Below are positions 50,949 through 60,593 of a DNA stretch of 64,000 nt, in pieces. Made by a program: the position numbers and the translations under genes. Position 1 is the first letter of the stretch; every line of letters starts with the position of its first letter. The notes under the pieces were generated by a model. That model worked only from the letters and a program-made list of their open reading frames with translations, was not told where the DNA came from and made no database searches. This DNA comes from Phaeosaccion multiseriatum (Eukaryota; Protista; Ochrophyta, other classes): positions 1,922,001 through 1,986,000 of the forward strand of contig OZ218956.1 in NCBI GenBank assembly GCA_965112735.1. The letters are read 5' to 3'.

Positions 50949-53029
50949 CCGTGGATATTACGCCGCTTCTGATTGCCCTTTGTACACCCACATACACCCA
51001 TTCGGTGTGTGGTTGAGTCAGTCCCATCGTTCGCGCCTTATCCTCCTACCTACCTCGGTCATGATCTGCTGAGGGGACACGTCTGGGATGCGCACTTTCC
51101 GCACCATGTCCGCCACGGAAATCTGATTGCAAGATGAATCGATAAAGGCGGCCACAGGGATGCACTCTGGAGTGTTCAAGGCGTTGAGGATGAAGTTGCT
51201 GAGGAGAGAGGGGAGAGGGGGGGGGAGAGGATGGGGGGTGCGTGCGTTTAGAGAAGAGCAAGAGCAGAGCAGAGCGAGTAGAGAAGGGAAAAGTAAAGCG
51301 AAGAGTGACTTGTGTTGTTCATGGGCGGAAGAAGCGCGAGACACTGGAGAGGAGCCCCCTTGATGGAGGAGCATAGTGAGTGGAGAGAGGGGTGGCTGCC
51401 GAGGAGAGGCTTTTCAAGGCGACCGACGCGAGAGGCACACAGCCAGGTGCGCAAGGACACACTTCCAATGCACGCATACAATACCACCACCACCACCAAA
51501 AACAACAACAACAACAACACTCACCTCACAAACAGCATGAAGTAGCTGAACTCGTTTCCCTGGCAAGCGTAGCCCTTGGCCGCAATGTCCAGCACGAGCC
51601 TGCCCAGGCCAGCCCCAGGCACGAGCACCTTGACTTTGTTCCTGTTGGAGCTGTCGAGGGGGAGGCGGCACTGCAGCTCCTCCACGAGCACGTCGTAGCT
51701 CTGCGCTCTCTCTTCGACACCTTCAGACGACCACTCACGCACAATCTGGAGAGAGGGGGTAGAAAAGGGAGCGAGAGAGAGAAGGAGAGAGAGGAAGGGG
51801 GAGGGGATAAGAGGGAGAGGGAGAGGGACAAGCAAGAGGAGAGACGAGAGCGAAATGAGTGAGAGGGAGAGAGATCGAGAGAGACGGATAGATAAGGGAG
51901 AGGGGGAGGAAAAAAAGAAGGGTGCCCACGACCAGGGCCATGCTATGGAGTGGCAGTGCGAGGGGACAAGAGGGCGCCGCCTCTCTGTGCGCAAGTCACG
52001 GCACTGGAAGGAGCCAGACAGCCAGACAGACCGCCAGACCGCCAGACAGTCAGACAGCTAGAGAGCCAGACAGCCAGACAGTCAGACAGCTAGAGAGCCA
52101 GACAGCCAGACAGCCAGACAGCCAGACAGCCATACAGCCAGAGAGCTAGACAGCCAGACAGCCAGACAGCCAGAGGGCTAGACAGCTAGACAGGCAGATA
52201 GCCACACCGCGGCGCATCTTCAGAAGCCAAGTTATGTGCCCTACCTAATCCTGCCCATCTCCCCCCCCCCCGCCCTTCCTACCTGGTGAAGGGTGCTGCA
52301 GATCTTGCTCCTGTTGGACATGCTGGTGGTGGGCCGGCTCGAGTGCTGCCGCACCCCCTCCAGGTCCCTCATGGGGTCACTGACGGAGAAGTGCCCACAG
52401 CCGTCCTGAGCAAAGGGGGAGGACGGGGAAGACCCGGAGGGGCGTTAGCTACAGACCTCCTAGATAGTACTCTAAGAGGATTTTTATCCGCCTCTTCACC
52501 GTGCAAGGAGAAGAGCAGTGACATCCTCGCCCCTTTTTTTTTCTTCTCTGCGAGAGCTGCGCCTTGCCTGGTACATGATGATCTCGTCAAGGAAGCGCTG
52601 GTTGACCTCCACTCCTTCTTGGAGGCCCTGGAACTTGTCGGCCAGGAGGTTGTGGTCGAGCCTGTCGAAGAGGGGCTGGGGCAGCCGCTGCAGGTGGGCC
52701 TGCAGGCGTTGCACCTCAGGTGTTGCGTACAAGGCGTACTCCACAAAGGCCAGGCGAACCTGCAGCAGTTATGAGGTGGTCCAGTAGCAAGGGAGATGGT
52801 AAAGAGGCAGAGTATATATATATGCGGAGGTGAGAAGGTGGTGAGGGGACGGGAGGATGACGACGGGCATACTTCGCACCTCCATGTAGTGTTTCCTCTC
52901 TGTGTCTTGTTCCCCCTTGTCCCCCTTGCCACCGCCATTCACTTCTTCCACGGCTGCGCTTTGCCCCGTCTGAGCGTCATGGGAGTGGCCGCTATGGTTA
53001 GAGTGGCCGTGATTGTGGGCGTCGCCCAT
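49272..53029 (-). CDS. CARNMT1: Carnosine N-methyltransferase (N2227 family); ~9 exons
   Basis: Spliced motifs KICSTLHQ|IVREWSSEGVEER, VLVPGAGLGRL, QGNEFSYFML, SNFILN, IPDVSP, FSFTAGDWLEIY, VVTCFFIDTA, LK|PGGVWVNMGPLLYHW, SVELAYDEV, YTCNSKSMM...FTA. Confidence 0.93.
52010..52205. repeat. 8-bp intronic tandem repeat (GCCAGACA)n, degenerate
   Basis: Direct inspection. Confidence 0.85.
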
Positions 53030-53290
53030 AGTGATAGTGTGAGAAGAGAGAGAGGGGGGAGGAGGGAAAGAAGACTATCCGAAAATAATTCGATGGTCTC
53101 GACTTTTAGGAAGCGATCGAGAGAGAGAGGGGAGAACAACATCATATTTGGTCTCCTGCATGCGTTAGGGAGGAGGAGAGGAGAGAAAGGCGCTTGCGTG
53201 TATCGTACAGCTGTGCTGATGAGGTAGTGCACCCGGTGGCCTCCTCTGAAACTAAGAAGAGCGCCTGTTCTCCGTACCTTCCCATAGAGC

Positions 53291-55953
53291 ATGGCATCCT
53301 CGTCTTCACATCCTCATGGCAGCTACGGAGCGGGGCAGGGGGATGCTGTCTATGGTGGCGGGCAACAGCTGGAGGTGGAGATGGTGGGAAAGGATGGGAA
53401 GGGAGGCCACTTCGCACGACCGGTGGCAGTGCCGCACCCGCAAGTGGGTGAGGTGAAGCTCACACACGGCGGTGCTGGCTCTGGCTCGTATGACACGCCC
53501 AATGCGGGCTGGGTTTGGCTGGTTGCGTGTTTCGTGGGAATTATGTGCAGCTTCATCGTCTACGGCCTGCTCATGGAGTATGCCACGAGCGGGGGCCGCA
53601 AGCTGCACGAGCTGAGCCTCATCTTCGTCACCTCCCTCCTGTATTCGGTCACAGCCTACATCTGCAGGTACAATTTTGTTTTGGGTACGGAAGGAAGGAA
53701 GGGCTGCTAGGGCTGCTGATGCTGCTGCGGCTGCCTGTGCTGCTGTTCCGGGTGGAGTCTCGAAGAGCTTTCCGCCTCGCGACACTTGCTGGTCGCCGTT
53801 ACTGTCTGGTAGGGGAGGAGAAGGGCTGGTAGGGTAGCACCCGTTCTCCTGCGTAAGGAATAGGCACTGGTGGGGAATCGTACAGGCTTCCCCTCCCTCT
53901 CCTTATACATGCCAGTGCAAGGATTCAATGTACTTTTACGACATGCGTTGGCCGGTTCATGAGATTGGTCCTGTCACTCAACAACGAACCACATACGCTC
54001 GCACACATGCATGCACACACAACATGTCGTGTCCTCCATCTCCTCTCTCCAGGCATGTGCGAGGCGAGGAGCCGTCCACCATCCCCAAGCACCAGATGGT
54101 GGTACTGGGCATGACGAGCATGGGCAGCACCTTCACGAGCGTGCGCTCTCTCAGATACGTCATCTACCCCGTGCAGGCAAGTGCGTGGGTGGGTGCGTGT
54201 GTGAGTGGGTATGTGCGTGATGAAACATGAGTGACAACTAGAGGAGTTGCCATGGGCGCTTGCATCGTGGGTCATGAGCTGAAGGCTGATGATCTCCCTC
54301 CCATCCCTTTCTCATCCACTGCCATCCACGCCCCTCAACAGGTGCTGGCCAAGAGCTGCAAGCCCATCCCCGTGATGCTGATGGGGGCCCTCATGGGCAA
54401 GAAATACCCCGCCAAGAAGTACGTGAACGTGCTCATGATTGTCAGCGGCGTGGCCCTGTTCATGCAGAGCGGCAAGGGGGCGGGCAAGGCTGATGCAGAA
54501 ACGGGCGGCCAGGTAAGGGACAGAGGGGGGGGGGGGGGGCAGAGGAGGGAACAAGGGAAGGGACAAGAGGGAGGGAGTAAGGGACGGAGAGACAGGGGGA
54601 AGGAACACGATCGGATCGAGCTGACGTTGCATAGTCCAAGCCAAACCAAGCCAAACGCGCCTTGTCTTTTGCTCCCTCCAAGTGTTCGCTTCGGTTATCG
54701 TCACCTCTCCTCTCCTCGCCCCCCTCTGTATCGCATCACCATCACCACCTTCATCAGCTCATCTCCTCCTTCTTCTTCTTCTTCTTCTTCTTCTTCTTCT
54801 TCTTCTTCTTCTCCTTCTCCTTGTCCTCCTCCTCTTCCTCCACCTCCATTTCCTCCTGCTCCTGCTCCTCCGCCTCCTCCTCCTCCCTCCTCCTACCACA
54901 TGTCTCTCAATACATCAGGTGCTAGGTCTCGTCCTGCTCTTTATGAGCCTCTGCTTCGACGGCGGCACAGGGGCCTACGAAGACAAGCTCATGTGCAAGC
55001 ATCACGTAGGCCCCTTCGATCTCATGTTCAACATTCAATTTGCCAAGATGATCTTGGCCGGCTTGGGCCTCATCATCTTTGGTCAGATTAACTATTTCAT
55101 CAAGATGGTCGGGGACACGGGCTTACTGCTGCTGCTGCTGGGCTTGTCGGGGGCAGTGGGCCAGGTACGGTATGATACGACAAGAAAGGAATGGTTTTGT
55201 GTGGTTTTGGGTAATGGTGGGGGGCGGAGAGCGGCTTAGAGTAGAGCGGCGCGTTCTTGTCTTTGTCGTCCTTCGCTCTCTCTCTCGTTCTCTCTTCCTC
55301 TCTCTCCGTCTCCCCCCCTCTCTCTCTCTCTCTCGTTATACGGTGAAGGCTTTTGGGGCGGACTCTTTAGGCCTTGGCTTTTGTTTCTCTTGGTCCACCC
55401 GCCGCCCTTCCTCTCTCGCTCACTCCATGTCGTTCTTATCCGCCTTCTCGTGATCAACCCTCCCTCCCTCCTGCCCCCCCTCGCTTGTCCCTCCCTCCAT
55501 CACCCAACGCTTGATTCCCCCAAAAAGGTGTTCATCTTCGTCACAATTTCCAAGTTCGGGGCATTGACCTGCTCCATCATTGGCCTCGCTCGAAAGATTG
55601 TTACGCTCATGGCAAGTATTGTCATTTATGGGCATCCCGTCAACGCGACGCAAGGGGCGGGATTGGCCTTGGCCATTAGCGCTATGATTATCAACTTTAT
55701 GGACAAGGGAAAGAAGGGCGGGCATGGAGGACACGGTGGGCACGGGGGGGGGTGCGGGGGAGGAGGGGGAGGAGGAGGGGGAGGGGAGGGAGGGAAGCTG
55801 AGTGATGCACCGGAGCTGAAGGGGCTGCTCGAAGACGGAGAGGAGGCGGGAGACGACGACGAGGAGGAGGGTGGGCAGGAGGAGGAGGAGCAAGAAGGAG
55901 GGGAGGAGGAGGGCGGTGGTGGCGACGAGGACCTTCTCGGAAAGGTCATTTGA
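53291..55953 (+). CDS. UAA family nucleotide-sugar/PAPS transporter (SLC35B-like); 5 exons, one GC-AG intron
   Basis: [17 protein letters not shown]; [10 protein letters not shown]|[15 protein letters not shown]; [15 protein letters not shown]; GAVGQ|[26 protein letters not shown]. Exons 53291-53667, 54053-54176, 54342-54512, 54919-55164, 55528-55953. Confidence 0.92.
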
Positions 55954-56261
55954 AGGGTTTACAGCGGGGTGCGAAGGAGGTGCGAAGGAGGGGGGAAGCG
56001 TCCTGTCATCTGACATGCCGTCTGAGTGCTGGGGTATGCGATTACAGCGTAGTTGTTGCCAGCGGACGGAGAGGGGAGTCTTTTGGGTTACGATTGCACA
56101 CTATACACACAGTGTTTTTTGTGAGCGAAGGGGATCACATGGAGTCTATACTTACAATACAACACAGAGTGCAAACGTACAAACGCTTTCATATCCCTCT
56201 GTGAGGGGAGACGAGAAACGCGCAACCTCGTTACTATTAGGCAGCACAGATGGCACCAAAA

Positions 56262-56316
<55 letters not shown>

Positions 56317-56419
56317 ATCGCCCCCTCATCTGTATCCTCGTGGTTTTAGGTGGGCGTGAGGTGGCCACCTTGCGAAGAGAAGGGGCAAAGCACAGGGAAG
56401 AGAGTTTTGCCCTCGTCGG

Positions 56420-59353
56420 ATGCAGGATAGGATGAAGGGCAACAGCTTGGTGGGCTTCATTCCCGCCGCAGCGGGAGGCGGTGTTTCTGCTGCTGGTGTA
56501 TATGGTGCTTCTGATGCTGCTTTCAGTAGCTCATGGGGAAGATGGGTCTCTGCTCCCGCGCACCCTCCTGTGGGAAAGCAAGTCCTCCCAGCCCCAGTGC
56601 ATGTTGAGGGGCGTCAACGCTCTCGTCTTAATGCTGGAGGACCGCGTCAGGGACGAGGTGATAGTAACCGCGAACGAGGACGGCAAATAGCGCTGAACAA
56701 AGAGATTCAGATCCTTGGAACTACGCGCGACTGGAAGGGTGTGGCGAGAAAAGTTGAGGAGGCGAAAGCAGCGGGGCTGATGAACGTAATTTTGTATACC
56801 AGTTCCATTGCGGCGGTGGGCAGAGCTGGGCGATGGAAGGGTGCGCTTGCTCTTCTCAGCGAGATGCGGAGGGAAGGGATTCAGCCCAATGAATTCTCAT
56901 ACAACTCTGCGATGAGTGCTTGTGGCAAAGCAGGAGAGTACGAGAAGGCGCTGGACTTGCTGGGGGAGATGCGCAGAGAAGGCCTTCAACCCAATCAAGT
57001 CTCGTACAACTCTGCGATTGATGCTTGTGGCAAGGCAGGGCAGTATGAGAAGGCTCTTGACTTGCTGAAGGAGATGCCCAGGAAAGGCCTTCAACCCAAC
57101 GAAATTTCGTACAACTCTGCGATTAGTGCTTGTGCTAAGGCAGGGAAGTATGAGAATGCGCTTGACTTGCTGGAGGAGATACGGAGGGAAGGGCTTCAAC
57201 CCAATGAAAGGTCTTACAACTCTGCGATTGATGCTTGCGCCAAGGCAGGAGAGCACGAGAGGGCACTGGACTTGCTGAAGGAGATGCGGAGGGAAGGGCT
57301 TCGGCCCAATACAATCTCGTACAGCTCTGCGATTGATGCTTGTGGCAATGCAGGAGAGGACGAGAAGGCGCTAGACTTGCTGGAGGAGATGACGAGGGAA
57401 GGGCTTCAACCCAATGATCGATCGTACAACTCTGCGATTTCTGCTTGTGCCAAGGCAGGAGAGTACGAGAGGGCGCTTGACCTGGTGAAGGAGATGCGGA
57501 GGGAAGGCATTCAACCCGATGCCATCTCGTACAGCTCTGCGATTGATGCTTGTGGAAAGGCAGGAGAGCACAAAAAGGCGCTTGACTTGCTGGAGGAGAT
57601 GAGGAGGGAAGGGCTGCAGCCCAATGAAATCTCGTACCGGTCTGCGTTTGATGCTTGTACCAAGGCAGGAGAGCACGACAAGGCTCTGGACTTGCTGAGG
57701 GATATGCGGAGCGAAGGGCTTCAACCCGATGTCATCACCTACGGCTCCGCGATTGCTACTTGTGCAAAGGCAGGAGAGCACGAGAAGGCGCTGAACTTGC
57801 TGAAGGTGATGCGGAGGGAAGGGCTGCGACCCGATATCATCATGTACAGCTCTGCGATTTCTGCTTGTGGTAATGCAGGAGAGCCCGAGAAGGGCCTGGT
57901 CTTGCTGGAGGAGATGCGTAGGGAAGGGCTTCAAGCCAATGAAATCACGTACAACTCTGCGATTAGTGGGTGTGGCAAGGCAGGGCAGTACGAGAAGGCG
58001 CTTGACTTACTGAAGGAGATGTCGGGGGAAGGGCTTCAACCCAATGAGAGATCGTACAACTCTGCGATTGATGCTTGCGCCAAGGCAGGAGAGCACGAGA
58101 GGGCGCTGGACTTGCTGGAGGAGATGCGGAGAGGAGGAGTTCAACCCGATGAAGTCTCATACTGCTCTGCGATTGATGCTTGCGGCAAGGCAGGGCAGTT
58201 TGAGAAGGCACTGGACTTGCTGAAGGAGATGCGAAAGGAAGGGGTTGAGCCCGGTGTAATTTCTTACAGCTCTGCGATTGATGCTTGTGGCAAGGCAGGG
58301 CAGTACGAGAAGGCGCTTGACTTGCTGAAGGAGATGAGGAGGGAAGGTCTTCAACCCAATGTAACTTCGTACTGCTGTGCGATTAGTGGGTGTGGCAAGG
58401 CAGGGCAGTACGAGAAGGCGCTTGCCTTGCTGGAGGAGATGCGCAGGGAAGGGCTTCAACCCGATGAAATCTCGTACAACGCTGCGATTAGTGCTTGTGC
58501 TAAGGCAGGGCAGTACGAGAAGGCGCTTGCCCTTCTCGATGAGATGCGGAGGGAGGGACTTCAACCCGATGAAATCTCGTACAACTCTGCGATTTCTGCT
58601 TGTGGCAAGGTAGGACAGTATGAGAAGGCGCTTGACTTGCTGGAGGAAATGGGGAGGGAAGGGCTTCAGCTCAATGAAAGATCCTACACTTCTGCGATTA
58701 GTGCTTGTGGCAAGGGAGGGCAGTACGAGAAGGCGCTTGACTTGCTGGAGGAGATGCGAGAGGAAGGCCTGCAGCCCAATGAATTCTCGTACAGCTCTGC
58801 GATTGATGCTTGTGGCAAGGGAGGGCAGTACGAGAAGGCGCTTGACCTGCTGAAGGAGATGCGGCGGGAAGGATTGAAGCCCAACGAAATCTCGTACAAC
58901 GCAGCGATTTCTGCTTGTGGCAAGGCAGGGCAGTACGAGAAGGCGCTTGGTTTGCTGAAGCAGATGCGGAGGGAAGGCGTGAAACCTGATGAAGTGACCT
59001 ATAGTGCTGCCATCGACGTCCTGTCCGTGCACGAGCAATGGAGCTCGGCTGACGGCTTGTACGCAGAGGCCATTGCGCAGAGAGTATTGTCGCATTGGGA
59101 GAAGGGCAATGAAGGCAAGGTGATGGACTTGCACGACCATTCGGAGTGGACCGCCAAGGCCGCCCTTCGCTACGCTCTTCAAGTGGAGAGGGTGCAGGGA
59201 CAGATCACTGTCATCACCGGCCGAGGCCGCGGCAGCGTGGACGGCGTCAGCGTGCTCAAACCCGCGGTGCTGGCGTACCTCAACGAAGAGCTCGGACTCC
59301 ACACCATGGGGCAGGACAACAACGAGGGCCGCGTAATTTTCACCTCTGTGTAG
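56420..59353 (+). CDS. Intronless P-class pentatricopeptide repeat protein with a C-terminal Smr domain (PPR-SMR)
   Basis: 22 contiguous 35-aa repeats (105-bp period, 56786-59095; last one degenerate), consensus EISYNSAIxACGKAGQYEKALDLLxEMRREGLQPN/D. Smr motifs MDLHDHS...AKAAL, VITGRGRGS, VLKPAV, NEGRV. Start at 56420 or 56432. Confidence 0.95.
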   Translation: MQDRMKGNSLVGFIPAAAGGGVSAAGVYGASDAAFSSSWGRWVSAPAHPPVGKQVLPAPVHVEGRQRSRLNAGGPRQGRGDSNRERGRQIALNKEIQILGTTRDWKGVARKVEEAKAAGLMNVILYTSSIAAVGRAGRWKGALALLSEMRREGIQPNEFSYNSAMSACGKAGEYEKALDLLGEMRREGLQPNQVSYNSAIDACGKAGQYEKALDLLKEMPRKGLQPNEISYNSAISACAKAGKYENALDLLEEIRREGLQPNERSYNSAIDACAKAGEHERALDLLKEMRREGLRPNTISYSSAIDACGNAGEDEKALDLLEEMTREGLQPNDRSYNSAISACAKAGEYERALDLVKEMRREGIQPDAISYSSAIDACGKAGEHKKALDLLEEMRREGLQPNEISYRSAFDACTKAGEHDKALDLLRDMRSEGLQPDVITYGSAIATCAKAGEHEKALNLLKVMRREGLRPDIIMYSSAISACGNAGEPEKGLVLLEEMRREGLQANEITYNSAISGCGKAGQYEKALDLLKEMSGEGLQPNERSYNSAIDACAKAGEHERALDLLEEMRRGGVQPDEVSYCSAIDACGKAGQFEKALDLLKEMRKEGVEPGVISYSSAIDACGKAGQYEKALDLLKEMRREGLQPNVTSYCCAISGCGKAGQYEKALALLEEMRREGLQPDEISYNAAISACAKAGQYEKALALLDEMRREGLQPDEISYNSAISACGKVGQYEKALDLLEEMGREGLQLNERSYTSAISACGKGGQYEKALDLLEEMREEGLQPNEFSYSSAIDACGKGGQYEKALDLLKEMRREGLKPNEISYNAAISACGKAGQYEKALGLLKQMRREGVKPDEVTYSAAIDVLSVHEQWSSADGLYAEAIAQRVLSHWEKGNEGKVMDLHDHSEWTAKAALRYALQVERVQGQITVITGRGRGSVDGVSVLKPAVLAYLNEELGLHTMGQDNNEGRVIFTSV

Positions 59354-59389
59354 TGCCACTAAAAAAAAAAAAAAAATTGAGGGACTTGT

Positions 59390-59626
59390 TGCACTCCCCT
59401 TATCCACCCCTACCTAGGACGCGTAACCAAAACTGCTCAACTCGGCGACAGAGGCACTTTAGGGGGGGAGGGAGGGCCCTCTGGGCTGCAAGACACCCTT
59501 ATGTAAGACCCGCATGGCCCTTACGTGAGGAACAATTGGGAGGCAACGATGCCGGCATTTGACTTGTCTCGACGAGGGCAACATGATACGCATGTTCAAA
59601 CTCGCTAAAACAGTAGTTTGGGGTGG
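59390..59626 (-). repeat. Dispersed repeat, copy 2 (see 39866-40146)
   Basis: Reverse-complement match to 39866-40146, lacking a ~60-nt internal segment. Confidence 0.85.
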
Positions 59627-59875
59627 AAGGGGGGTGGGCTCGTTTGGGTGACTCTAAAACGGTGGTATCTTGGAGGTGAGTGAGCTCTCGTAAGGATGGG
59701 GGGGAAGGGGGAGTGCTCTTGCAGAAGTGCCGACAAGTAGGGAGGGGGGAAAGCGATGAAAGCCGAAAGACTATGGATGGATAGGCATCTCAAAGAGTTA
59801 CATGAAGAGCTATAGTGCATCTCCCAGTGATCCCAGCGTTAAAAAAAAAAAAAAGTGTCCAAAAAATTAATTTTT

Positions 59876-60336
59876 TACTGTGATTTCGCGGTTGAGTGGC
59901 ACTTTTGACGCCCAATTACGCCCCATTATTTTTTTTTAACGCCAAATGACGATTTTTTTGACGACGTTTGACGACGTTTGACGACGCTTTAGCCCCCTAT
60001 TTGACGCCCTTTGACGCCCTTTGACGCACTTTGACGCCCTTTTATCTTAATTCGCCTTAATTCGGTCCAAAAAATATCACGTAAAAAAAAATCACGGAAA
60101 AGGGGGTCAAAGGGCGTCAAAGAGCGTCAAAAGGCGTCAAAGGGCGTCAAATAGGGGGCTAAAGCGTCGTCAAACGTCGTCAAACGCCGTAAAAAAATCG
60201 TCATTTGGCGTAAAAAAAATTAATGGGGCGTAATTGGGCGTCAAAAGTGCCACTCAACCGCGAAATCACAGTAAAAAAAAAATTAATGGGGCGTAATTGG
60301 GCGTCAAAAGTGCCACTCAACCGCGAAATCACAGTA
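59876..60336. mobile_element. Foldback MITE (non-autonomous DNA transposon), TA-flanked, with a duplicated right end
   Basis: Left TA|CTGTGATTTCGCGGTTGAGTGGCACTTTTGACGCCC is the exact inverse of right GGGCGTCAAAAGTGCCACTCAACCGCGAAATCACAG|TA. Arms are ~160 bp and built of 10-bp subrepeats. The right terminus occurs twice (ending 60273 and 60336; 63-bp period). No ORF. Confidence 0.85.
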
Positions 60337-60593
60337 ATTAATTAAAAAAAAATTAATGGGGGAATTGCGCGACTTTACGAAGTCAATTTTTTTTTTTTTG
60401 TTCGCAGTCACAGCTGACAAATGGGGGGTTGGTTCTTTCACGAAACCGACGAGGGCCTTCACTTTACAAAGGCTTTCCACACGCTACGCCGCGTAACGGC
60501 ACACTCTGCTGATTGCGAAGGGCAGGATCATTTGTCAAGGCGGAGAGGCGGCTAGAAGCAAGAGCGCATTGCATCCTTACAAGAAAGAAATTG

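Noticed and set aside
57371-59407. Antisense ORFs over the PPR gene (similar ones overlie the kinase, STI1 and sulfatase genes)
   Set aside because: Shadow frames of GC-rich or repetitive coding sequence.
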